From Bdellovibrionota bacterium (GTDB taxonomy: Bacteria > Bdellovibrionota > Bdellovibrionia > Bdellovibrionales > JAEYZS01): a stretch of 64,000 nucleotides of DNA. Positions 45,764 through 54,099 of this stretch are shown piece after piece (the stretch's first letter is position 1; the number at the start of each line of letters is the position of its first letter). The stretch is taken from NCBI GenBank assembly GCA_040386775.1, contig JAZKEU010000013.1, positions 76,005 to 140,004 of the forward strand, given 5' to 3'. The notes beneath the pieces were generated by a model that was not told where the DNA came from, did not search any database, and saw nothing but the letters and a program-made list of their open reading frames with translations. A program made the position numbers and the translations under genes.

Positions 45764-46543
45764 ATGAAGTTCTTGGTGTATTTACTCTTGTTCAATCTCA
45801 TTTCTGTGTCATCAATGGCGCAGTTTTCATCTTGGTCATCAAGACAAGGACCGGCTTCACTTAGACAAAAACAAGATAATAACTATCGCGATGTTTGGTC
45901 GCTCTCTGATTATTTTGAAACTCAAAGAAAACACAGATTGATGGATCAGTGGCTAGCAATGAACTCATCTTCAAACCCTTTTGAATTCTATCTTGGGGCA
46001 CAGACAACAACTTATGATGCCATCGTCAAAGAGAATGGCGTTGTTGGTGCAGAGAAAGAATACCGCATGAATCGCGCGCAAGTGGGAGCCTATGCTTCGA
46101 TCATTGGTTTGGAAGGTGAGTACGCAGATTCTGGCGAAGAATACACCAGTGGAGAAGGATCGATTCATCTAAGACTCTTGGGACGCAACAGCCAAGGAAC
46201 AAACCTCACAGGATTTTACGGTATTCGTTATAAAAAAGACGAAGCCCTAACAACTAGTGAAGAAAAATTTCAACAGAATTTCTATGGCGGCAGCCTTACG
46301 CTCAATCTTACTAAATTTTTTGGTATCATTGGCACTTATAAAAAGTACGAAAAAGATAAATCGGATATCGGGAGTGAACTAGAAAGTGAACGCATGGAAG
46401 GAACGTTCTTTATCGACTTTAGATTTGTACGTGTTTATGGAACTTATTTTCAAGAAAAAGAAGATTACACCAACATCGTAATACCAGTTACAAAAGAAAT
46501 CGAACGCGACGGTATCTTTGGTGGTCTAAAGATATTTTTCTAA
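45764..46543 (+). CDS. putative outer-membrane beta-barrel protein
   Basis: Signal peptide, alternating Y/G/T-rich beta-strand-like pattern, and a C-terminal aromatic residue (GGLKIFF). Confidence 0.45.
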   Translation: MKFLVYLLLFNLISVSSMAQFSSWSSRQGPASLRQKQDNNYRDVWSLSDYFETQRKHRLMDQWLAMNSSSNPFEFYLGAQTTTYDAIVKENGVVGAEKEYRMNRAQVGAYASIIGLEGEYADSGEEYTSGEGSIHLRLLGRNSQGTNLTGFYGIRYKKDEALTTSEEKFQQNFYGGSLTLNLTKFFGIIGTYKKYEKDKSDIGSELESERMEGTFFIDFRFVRVYGTYFQEKEDYTNIVIPVTKEIERDGIFGGLKIFF

Positions 46544-46630
46544 TTCGATATAATCCGAAAACTGAATTAAATTCAGAATCCGAATTCATTTATAGCCTCA
46601 AACTCAAAATAATTAAAAAATAACTGGGAT

Positions 46631-46673
46631 CTAAAAACGCAAAAGAGAGTCTTGCCTTAGCAAGATCCCTTTT
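46631..46673. terminator. candidate bidirectional terminator hairpin
   Basis: GTCTTGC (46649..46655) pairs with GCAAGAT (46660..46666) around a 4-nt loop. It is followed by CCCTTTT on the plus strand and by TCTCTTTTGCGTTTTT on the minus strand. Confidence 0.45.
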
Positions 46674-46678
46674 GGATG

Positions 46679-46705
46679 GACTCCTTGGTCTAAACCTAGG
46701 AGGTC
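46679..46705 (+). promoter_or_regulatory. hairpin able to sequester the Shine-Dalgarno of the small ORF
   Basis: GACTCCT (46679..46685) can pair with AGGAG(G)TC (46698..46705): 7 bp with one bulged G and a 12-nt loop. The 3' arm is the AGGAGG SD itself. Confidence 0.3.
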
Positions 46706-46709
46706 GCGA

Positions 46710-46811
46710 ATGGAACCTATCAACCATAGGACTATTCGTCAGATTTTGAGTGTTACTTTAATCGTTTTAAGAATTTTGTGGCTTTTGTTGCAAATTTTAA
46801 ATCAGTTTTAG
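46710..46811 (+). CDS. unannotated 33-codon hydrophobic peptide (type I toxin-like / small membrane protein candidate)
   Basis: My translation gives MEPINHRTIRQILSVTLIVLRILWLLLQILNQF followed by TAG. A perfect AGGAGG (46698..46703) lies 6 nt upstream of the ATG. The ORF sits in a 335-nt spacer between convergent genes. It is below the ORF-track length cutoff. Confidence 0.35.
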   Translation: MEPINHRTIRQILSVTLIVLRILWLLLQILNQF

Positions 46812-46878
46812 CAGCTCAAGATAGTATCTTTAAGTGTTCTGGGTCATGGACGGAATTAAAATCCGGACAAGGTTGCTT

Positions 46879-49002
46879 CTATGGGGAGCTTGCTGGGGTT
46901 CTGTCGTAATTCTCAAAAAAGCGTTTTTCGAATTTTTTGAAAGATTCTAAGCGAACCTCGCCGCCCAATTCTTCTTTGAGACGGGCCATCGTTTCTTTTT
47001 CTGTGGCACGCATTTTTTCTAATCCGCTTTTAACGAAATCGGGATGAATGTTTTCTTTCTTTTCTGCAAGGTCCTTAACAAGAGCGGCAGAAACGGCGAG
47101 AGCCTTTGTGGATCTATCTTCGTCCAATCGCCATGTTTTAAGCAAATACAATGTGGCGGCTTTTGACCAAGCTTCTTGGTAAGTTGCATCAGTATATAAG
47201 GTTGTGAAGTCTTTTGTGTAAATCACAGCATCTACATAATTACTTTTGAGTTCTGTTTCCTGTGGAGGATTAAACTTTCTCTTTTCTAATTCTACCTTTG
47301 TATTATTAATGGCGTTTGCAACCATTCTTTCGATAGGTGAATTACCATCCATATGCTCGAGAGCTTTTTCTCCACCAATGGCTGCAAATATTCCCAAGGC
47401 TAATCCAAGCATCAAAGATGTTGTTCTCTCTCTTGTTCTCGTAGAGATTCTACCTTTCGCTTTGCCATCAATCACTTTATTTGCAGAGGCTTGCCCGGAA
47501 TTTCCAATAACTTCTTGAAAGACTTGATCCAACTCTGAACGTTTGGATTTCCAATCATCATTCATAGCCACAGTAGGGCATAGGGACTCTACTTGCAGAA
47601 GAATTTCTTTGGCCATTTGAGTTTTTTTACTCATTATCTCATCAATCAATTCTTTTTCGAATTTTTTGATGGCTTCAGCTGTTTGGAGCTTCAGTTGATT
47701 TGTTCGGTCTGTTTCTTTTTGGGTGATTTGTGCTTTTTCTTCTTCTATCTTTGCTTTCAAAGCTTGAAGTTGCGAGCTCATCTCTTTTTCTTTGTCTTCT
47801 TTTTCTTGTTTCATCGCGCTTAATGCCAGAGTCAGCTTCTCAGAGTCATTCTTGTTCTTAGACAAAGTCTTTTCCTGCTCTGCCAACTCTTTTTTCATAA
47901 GTTCTATGTGAGATAGCATATTTTTTTCATCAGATTTGATTTTTTCGTAATTCGATTTTCTAGCCTCGTGGTCATCTTGTTGGGATTTGATCTCTCTTTT
48001 TAATTCAGCAAGATTTTTGTCAGCTTTAAGCTTTTCTTCCTCAGCTGCTTGGATGTCTTCACGAACTCTAGAGGTTTTTGCTTTTAATGAATCCAATTGC
48101 GTTAAGGCAGCGGTCTTTTCTTTTTCAATTTTTTCATATGTAGCCTTCAAAAGTTCTTGGCCCTTCTTTTCGATAATTTCATCAGCTTCAGATAATCTTT
48201 TTGTTTTAATCATCTGCCCTTGAGCTTCAGAGTCTTTTAGAATTTCAATACATTTTTCTTCAGTGGATTTACGAAGTTCTCTAGCATCTTTTTCAGCTTG
48301 GTCTCTTAGGGTTTGGGTTTGTGCGCGAGTTTCTTGCAGAAGTTTTAAACTTTCTTCTCTCGCTTCTTCAAATATTTTTTGAGCTTCTACATTTGCAGCT
48401 TTTAGACGTTCTTGAAAATGCTTTTCTGCATTTTGCTCAGTTTCTATAGCATGTTTGTAGGCACTTTGTGCTTTCGATTCAGCTTGAAGTTCCGCTTTGT
48501 GTAAAATTTGAAGAGCTTGCTTGTTGGCTTCAATCAGAGATTTATCTGATTCCTTTTGCAAACTCGGTGGGACAAATTGCGCAGCCAGAGGTTGAGACAG
48601 TGGATCGGCGACTAAGGTTTTCGCCATAGGGGTTTTTGGAGATTCTGGTAATTGTGGAAGGGAAGTGGGCATTGTAAGCTTTTTCTCTTCAATACTTACT
48701 CGGATTGTTGGCCCGTCTTCACCCAACTGAATAACATCTTCCGACTCAAATGGAAAAATTGTTTTTACTGGAAGTCTTTTGCCTTGCTTATAAGTTCCAT
48801 TAGAAGATCCAATATCTTCAAAAAATAGTTTATGATTTTCAGTAGTTATTTTTAAATGGTGACGACTCACCTGAGGGTGAAGGACGTTGACATCACTGTT
48901 CGCGTGACGTCCGATGACGAAGCTCTCCATCTTGACTTTTTTATGAGTCGTAGTTCCATCAATCGTGATGGTCACTTGAATGGATGGCTTTGTGTCTCCC
49001 AC
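46879..49002 (-). CDS. FHA-domain protein with long coiled coil, one TM helix and a C-terminal extracytoplasmic domain
   Basis: FHA motifs GRHANSDVNV..VSRHHLKI..FEDIGSSNGTY. About 400 aa of E/K/Q-rich heptad-like sequence. TM segment TTSLMLGLALGIFAAIGG. GTG start preceded by GAAGGA. Confidence 0.8.
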   Translation of the reverse strand: MGDTKPSIQVTITIDGTTTHKKVKMESFVIGRHANSDVNVLHPQVSRHHLKITTENHKLFFEDIGSSNGTYKQGKRLPVKTIFPFESEDVIQLGEDGPTIRVSIEEKKLTMPTSLPQLPESPKTPMAKTLVADPLSQPLAAQFVPPSLQKESDKSLIEANKQALQILHKAELQAESKAQSAYKHAIETEQNAEKHFQERLKAANVEAQKIFEEAREESLKLLQETRAQTQTLRDQAEKDARELRKSTEEKCIEILKDSEAQGQMIKTKRLSEADEIIEKKGQELLKATYEKIEKEKTAALTQLDSLKAKTSRVREDIQAAEEEKLKADKNLAELKREIKSQQDDHEARKSNYEKIKSDEKNMLSHIELMKKELAEQEKTLSKNKNDSEKLTLALSAMKQEKEDKEKEMSSQLQALKAKIEEEKAQITQKETDRTNQLKLQTAEAIKKFEKELIDEIMSKKTQMAKEILLQVESLCPTVAMNDDWKSKRSELDQVFQEVIGNSGQASANKVIDGKAKGRISTRTRERTTSLMLGLALGIFAAIGGEKALEHMDGNSPIERMVANAINNTKVELEKRKFNPPQETELKSNYVDAVIYTKDFTTLYTDATYQEAWSKAATLYLLKTWRLDEDRSTKALAVSAALVKDLAEKKENIHPDFVKSGLEKMRATEKETMARLKEELGGEVRLESFKKFEKRFFENYDRTPASSP

Positions 49003-49014
49003 TTTAATTCCTTC

Positions 49015-49944
49015 TTATGAAACCTTGAATGGACGAGTTTTCGTCAGTTCACGGCCTCTAGTTTGAGTGCCCAATTCTGTATTGATAGAATCTTCTGCTA
49101 AGGCTTCTAATGGATCACGATTTTCATCAAACGCCGCATCCATTAATGGGAAATTGTTGTTGTCGCTTCTGTACCATAAAAGATCTAATGAACTCTCAAA
49201 GCGATCTACCATCGAAACATAAGCTCTCTCCGGAGAAAATAGAACATTCACTACGTGAGCCATCAACGAGAATACAATTCCTGCGATAGAGGTCTTCATC
49301 GCAAATGAAATTTCATATAGGAAGCGATCCATAATGTTTTTTGTAGCGTCGATATCTTGTAAGTTCATTCCTCCTAAGCCCTCAAGGCCCCCAGCAATAC
49401 CAATGAATGTACCCAAAATACCACCGATGACAAAAAGACCTGGCAGGATATTAATAAGGTCGTTCAATCCTGTGATGGGAATGATGCCAAACACTCTATT
49501 GAAGCATGGATTATGGTGGAACGTAGCCTTTGTGATGTTTAATAATTTTGGATTGCTTTCATTCCATTTTAAAAATTTCAATTGCTTTAAAATATCTCTC
49601 ACTAGCCATGCACAGCCTTGTTTTACCAGAAATATACGGTCGCTTGTTTTCATTACGCCATCATTTTTGCGACGATTCGTTCTATCACGCACGGCAAAGG
49701 CTTCATAAAAGCTTTTTTCTAGCAGTTTTTTAGAGAGAGCGTAGAAAGAGACATTTTTTACGGCACCGGGAACTTCTGCATCGATAAATTTATTCACACG
49801 TTTTTCAAATTCTCTTGAAAACCACTCGTGTCTTTTTACGGTGTACCAAACTAATGTTCTGAACATTACGCCGAATACAAATACAACGGCCATTGCATAG
49901 GGCAAGCCGAGAATAAAATATTCTGCAAAGAGTTTAGTTGTCAT
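49015..49944 (-). CDS. MotA/TolQ/ExbB-family-like 3-TM proton-channel protein
   Basis: TM1 is at the N-terminus, followed by a ~130-aa cytoplasmic loop. Then PGLFVIGGILGTFIGIAGGL and AMKTSIAGIVFSLMAHVVNVLF, which resemble the TolQ/ExbB TM2-TM3 signatures (GxxGT..G; A..T..G....A....N..F). Confidence 0.6.
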   Translation of the reverse strand: MTTKLFAEYFILGLPYAMAVVFVFGVMFRTLVWYTVKRHEWFSREFEKRVNKFIDAEVPGAVKNVSFYALSKKLLEKSFYEAFAVRDRTNRRKNDGVMKTSDRIFLVKQGCAWLVRDILKQLKFLKWNESNPKLLNITKATFHHNPCFNRVFGIIPITGLNDLINILPGLFVIGGILGTFIGIAGGLEGLGGMNLQDIDATKNIMDRFLYEISFAMKTSIAGIVFSLMAHVVNVLFSPERAYVSMVDRFESSLDLLWYRSDNNNFPLMDAAFDENRDPLEALAEDSINTELGTQTRGRELTKTRPFKVS

Positions 49945-50004
49945 AGGGCCTTCTCCTCTTAACCTTTGGTAGCGCGCTTTAGATATCTAAACGCGTGCTA
50001 AAAT

Positions 50005-51525
50005 TTACTTACCATCCACACTGAAGCGTACGATCACGCGTTGAGCCTTGCGGCAATCATTCACGCGACAGAATTCCGCTGCAGATGCAATATTTCTATC
50101 TTTAACTTTTAAAACGTCGAGGAAGCTTCTTCCAGACACCTTCATAAGAGACATCAACTCTTGCTGATTTGTAAAACCAGAAGCTTTTCCGTCTACGATA
50201 TGTTGGAAGATTGCGTTCGCGCGTTTGTAACTCAAATCCATATTGTATTTAAGAGCAGCCTTGTCTTCAGGCTTTGTGCTCTTGGGATCGATGAATCGAC
50301 CTTGATAGGTTGGCGAAGCAAACCCAATAATTTCTACATTTGAAATTTTACTTGCCACTTTAGGATTGCCAAATAAAGACTTAGAATAAATTGGCATTGC
50401 TCTTTCAATCACGTTCTTCATTTCAGGTTTTAGATTTGCTGAGTTACTATCAAAGTAAGCATCACCAAAATCCAAAACCACGTCGCCAGTTCCCATATCC
50501 ACGTCGGCTTTGATTCCAGCTTTCGCAAATCCAGCTTTGATTTCTTTAGCTACGGCTTTTCTAGTATCAATTTCTTCTTTGGCTTTTGCGAGATCGCCTT
50601 CCGTAGATTTCAACTGACCTTTTAGACCGGCAACTTTTCCTTGGAGTTCTGCTGCTTTCTTGCCAGCTTCCGCACGGAACTGAGCTTCTTTTGCGGCTCT
50701 AGCAGCGGCTTCTTCTTTGGTTTGTGAAAGCTCCGCCTGCGTTCCGGCAAGAGCAGAATTCAACTGATTCAACTCTTGGTTCGCCTGAGCCAATTGTTGA
50801 TTGTACTGTTGATTTGTAGATTGAAGAGCTGCTAAACGTTGTTCATTCTGCGCTTTAATAGTCTGAACTTGTTTATTGTAGGCAGTCTTCGTCATTTTAT
50901 TTTTCTTATAAGCAAATTGAAGCTCTTTCATTTTCTTTTCAAGGGCAGCCTTGTTGGCAGCGATTTGACGATTTCCTTCTTCTATCAATTGAGTCTTTTG
51001 AGAAATGTCAGATTTCAATGTACCGATATCTTTTTGTTGTTCGTCAATTTGTGTATCTTGATCTGTAATGATTTCGTTTCTTGTCACGATTCTAGATTTT
51101 GCTACTTTGTTAGCATTCAAAATATTACGAACCATCTGTTGATATTTATTCAGAGCTTGAGCTTTCTTTCCATTCTCAGTAGCTTCGTTAGCCAAGCGAT
51201 CTTTTTCTGATTTGGCTTCTTCTTGGAGAAGAGTCAACTTGTCCATAAGATCTTGATATTCTTGCTGTTCGTCTTTGGCGGCGGTGTCCATGTAGTTTTT
51301 CTTCACAGACTCGTACATCTTCAATTGATTTTCTAATTCCTCAACGCGAGTAGAAAGTTTTTGATTGTCAGATTGGCTTTTGATTGCATCTGTTCCAGTG
51401 CGTAAACTTGCCATCACGTACAGCAATAAAAAAATTGTACTCAAACCCAAAAATAAATCTGAGTACGATGTCCAAAAACTATCATTGCCTTCGGAGTTTT
51501 TATTTTTTTCGTAATTAAATGCCAT
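50005..51525 (-). CDS. MotB-like protein: TM with conserved Asp, ~300-aa coiled coil, C-terminal OmpA-like peptidoglycan-binding domain
   Basis: FWTSYSDLFLGLSTIFLLLYVMA matches the MotB/TolR-type TM (YxD motif). Long Q/K/E/A heptad region. C-terminal FDSNSANL...VEIIGFASPTY...DLSYKRANAI resembles the OmpA family. ATG at 51525 with AAGGG SD. Confidence 0.75.
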   Translation of the reverse strand: MAFNYEKNKNSEGNDSFWTSYSDLFLGLSTIFLLLYVMASLRTGTDAIKSQSDNQKLSTRVEELENQLKMYESVKKNYMDTAAKDEQQEYQDLMDKLTLLQEEAKSEKDRLANEATENGKKAQALNKYQQMVRNILNANKVAKSRIVTRNEIITDQDTQIDEQQKDIGTLKSDISQKTQLIEEGNRQIAANKAALEKKMKELQFAYKKNKMTKTAYNKQVQTIKAQNEQRLAALQSTNQQYNQQLAQANQELNQLNSALAGTQAELSQTKEEAAARAAKEAQFRAEAGKKAAELQGKVAGLKGQLKSTEGDLAKAKEEIDTRKAVAKEIKAGFAKAGIKADVDMGTGDVVLDFGDAYFDSNSANLKPEMKNVIERAMPIYSKSLFGNPKVASKISNVEIIGFASPTYQGRFIDPKSTKPEDKAALKYNMDLSYKRANAIFQHIVDGKASGFTNQQELMSLMKVSGRSFLDVLKVKDRNIASAAEFCRVNDCRKAQRVIVRFSVDGK

Positions 51526-51696
51526 ATTTAACCCTTTACACGTCAAATTGCTTATCGACGGATATAAAGGGGATTTAAATACTTGAAGAATTCTATTGGA
51601 CTTACGTTGAGTGAATTTCTAAAAATTTAAAGGGAACACAAGACAAAGGTGCGGAAAGGTGCCAGCCTACTTGTGTTTCGCAGCTGCTAAATGCAG

Positions 51697-52281
51697 TTAA
51701 TTTTTAGTATGACAATCGTTATTAGAAATTGTGTTCACGTAGGTATTGATTTGTTCCGCGTTAATAAAAGTAGGATCATCGGGAAATATACACAACAAGG
51801 TGTTTGTTTTTAAAGCCCAAATTTGATCCTGAACAAGGCCGCTCACCATGGTGACAGTTCCGTGAAAGAATTTTCTAGCTCCGTGAGTAGCATCCACGTA
51901 ATCATCAGTACCATTAAAAACAGCCTGTCCAATATACGTGTTAGATATTATGGTTCCTGTGCCTACGCAGGCAGTTCCTGAGTAAGTCATGTTTCCGGAA
52001 TTTTGCGATACGGTTGTACTATTGACATTCGCGATTTGATAGAAATTTTTTGTAGATGAAGTGGAACTCAATTGAACGCAGTTGCCTTGTATCCACAGTC
52101 CATGGAGTGGCGTAAGACTTTGTAGTGCGCCGGCCCCGTTATTTCCACCGTTGTTACCATTTCCACCGGATCCTCCACCTGAACAGTTAACAAATAGCAA
52201 GCTAGTGAGGGCCAACATACCTACAGTTAAAAAAATACTTACTGATTTATATGAAAATTTATTTCGTATTGAACCCATCAT
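51697..52281 (-). CDS. lipoprotein with G/N-rich linker, unknown function
   Basis: Lipobox LLFVNC followed by SGGGSGGNGNNGGNNGAG. Tandem ATGs at 52281/52278 after GGAG. Confidence 0.5.
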   Translation of the reverse strand: MMGSIRNKFSYKSVSIFLTVGMLALTSLLFVNCSGGGSGGNGNNGGNNGAGALQSLTPLHGLWIQGNCVQLSSTSSTKNFYQIANVNSTTVSQNSGNMTYSGTACVGTGTIISNTYIGQAVFNGTDDYVDATHGARKFFHGTVTMVSGLVQDQIWALKTNTLLCIFPDDPTFINAEQINTYVNTISNNDCHTKN

Positions 52282-52341
52282 CAACTCCAATGTATTTGTA
52301 TGCCAATAGATCGGCTTACATTGAGAAAATCTTGAGTTCTT

Positions 52342-53025
52342 TTAGCGGTGTTGTCTAGTGAATTTAGAGTGAAAATCAGGGAAAGCCGCTTCTACATTAG
52401 GCATCTCGTTTATGATGTTTAAAATGTCTAAAGATTGTCCAGTAGATTTAAAATTGCTATCCGCCACCTCAAAAATATACTGCGGCTTTATAAGCTTATT
52501 CTTATTTTGCTTCACTTTCACTAAAGATATGCCAAGATTATTTGCTATGCTTGTAATTTGCTTAGAGTTTAATGGTTCATTAAAACGGATTGTAATCAAA
52601 CCGGTAAAAAACGATAGGCTCTCTGCAGGAATTCCCTCTTCTACTTTTCTCAATCCATAAGAAGAATGTTCGATTTCACCGTTTCTTTGCATTTGTTGGA
52701 TAGTTTTTAAGAAGGGTCTAAGCTCTTTTTCACTGCTGACTTCCATAACATATACAATCTTTCCGCTATCTAAAGCTTTTTGCTGAGAAAACTCGTCTAT
52801 TCCAAGGCGCTTTGCAAGCTTATTTAGCGGTTCCATAGAGACAAAAGAAATCGCATTTCTTGCGATTTGTACTTGGTTGGTTCTTTCTTTTTCAATCTGG
52901 TAAGTTACAGAATTGGAATCTAACCTAAACAAAGTCGCACAATAGCTCGCAGCATTAGCGACATTATGATATGTAAAAACACTGCTCATTAGAGAAACGA
53001 ATATAAAAAGTTTTAACATAGCCAT
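52342..53025 (-). CDS. secreted hypothetical protein
   Basis: Signal peptide MAMLKLFIFVSLMSSVFTYHNVANA. No recognisable domain. Confidence 0.5.
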   Translation of the reverse strand: MAMLKLFIFVSLMSSVFTYHNVANAASYCATLFRLDSNSVTYQIEKERTNQVQIARNAISFVSMEPLNKLAKRLGIDEFSQQKALDSGKIVYVMEVSSEKELRPFLKTIQQMQRNGEIEHSSYGLRKVEEGIPAESLSFFTGLITIRFNEPLNSKQITSIANNLGISLVKVKQNKNKLIKPQYIFEVADSNFKSTGQSLDILNIINEMPNVEAAFPDFHSKFTRQHR

Positions 53026-53231
53026 TTTCCTTTATGCTTACGCGTATATTGAGAATGGGCATAATAGCATATATTTTAGGCGGTTAACAGAGCTTCATGT
53101 TGAAACTCTAGAGGCGCGAGCAATAGAGTATTTTTTATATAATCTGTACAATATGCTTACACTTTTAAATTTCTTGATAGGTGCTTGGCTAGTGTTGACA
53201 AATATCTAGCCCATCATCGTATATTATCAAC

Positions 53232-54092
53232 ATGGATAAATTTGTCGTATCGTCTGATGATTGTTTGATTCTCAAAGCTCTTAAGGATTCCAAATCTTTG
53301 CGTGAGGCGGCTCAGCTTCTGGGTTGTGACCCTGCGGGATTGGCTAGGCGTGTGCAGCATATTTCTAGTAAGCATGGATTTGTTCAGAAGGTGAATAATC
53401 GTTGGCAAATTACCTCACGAGGTATGGATTTGGTCGCTTGGACGGAATCGAGTATTTTGAGTCAGAAAAAAATATTTTCTTCAAACGATAGTCTCCGCAT
53501 TGCAAGTACAATGTGGTTTGGTGAAGAAGTTCTTATTCCTAATTTATCAAAACTCAAAGATTTTTTTAATGAAGATATATCTGTATCCCTATCTGTCCCC
53601 GATGAGGGATTCGAGTTGTCGCTGGTCAGTGGAAATGTTGATTTTGTTGTTGCCTGCCACCCCCCAGAAAATCCAGAGATTGCTCACAAACAAATAACGG
53701 AAGAAAAATGGATACTGATAGCGCCGGTATCTTGGAAAAAAAACATAAAATCAAAAAGCGAAAATATTTTAGAGTTTCTAAAAGACAAACCTTTTATTAG
53801 TCACCGTGATATCAATGTGGATTTATTTTTATCTGGTGCTGCAATCAAAAAATCAGACATCAGCATTAATAATCTTATCGGTATTCGATCGGCTGTCTGC
53901 GCGAATTTAGGGTGGAGCTTAGTTCCTAAAATCTTGGTTGATCGTCATTTGAAAAATAATGAATTGATCGAAATCCCTTATGAAATACCAACTCAAGACA
54001 GAAAAGTTTGCGTTTGGTGGCTTAGAAATCGCGATGGTTTAAAACGACAATCCAGTAAAATTTCATCTTGGATCGAAGAAGTCTGTCCATAA
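53232..54092 (+). CDS. LysR-family-like transcriptional regulator
   Basis: N-terminal HTH (SLREAAQLLGCDPAGLARRVQHIS) and a ~200-aa C-terminal substrate-binding-like region. Divergent from the 53025 gene. Confidence 0.7.
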   Translation: MDKFVVSSDDCLILKALKDSKSLREAAQLLGCDPAGLARRVQHISSKHGFVQKVNNRWQITSRGMDLVAWTESSILSQKKIFSSNDSLRIASTMWFGEEVLIPNLSKLKDFFNEDISVSLSVPDEGFELSLVSGNVDFVVACHPPENPEIAHKQITEEKWILIAPVSWKKNIKSKSENILEFLKDKPFISHRDINVDLFLSGAAIKKSDISINNLIGIRSAVCANLGWSLVPKILVDRHLKNNELIEIPYEIPTQDRKVCVWWLRNRDGLKRQSSKISSWIEEVCP

Positions 54093-54099
54093 ATTAAAT

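Noticed and set aside
47246-48223. Plus-strand ORFs (76-90 aa, F/L/S-rich) antisense to the FHA coiled-coil gene. Similar ORFs at 50839..51210 are antisense to the MotB-like gene.
   Set aside because: They are low-complexity translations produced by reading K/E/Q-rich coiled-coil codons on the opposite strand. They have no start context.
46879-51546. Calling the MotB-like/MotA-like pair a Zorya anti-phage system
   Set aside because: - ZorA carries the long tail on the MotA-like subunit, and zorAB is followed by ZorC/ZorD or ZorE-type effectors.
- Here the coiled coil is on the MotB-like subunit and the gene order is reversed.
- No nuclease or helicase effector is present.
- It is kept as an unclassified stator-like module instead.
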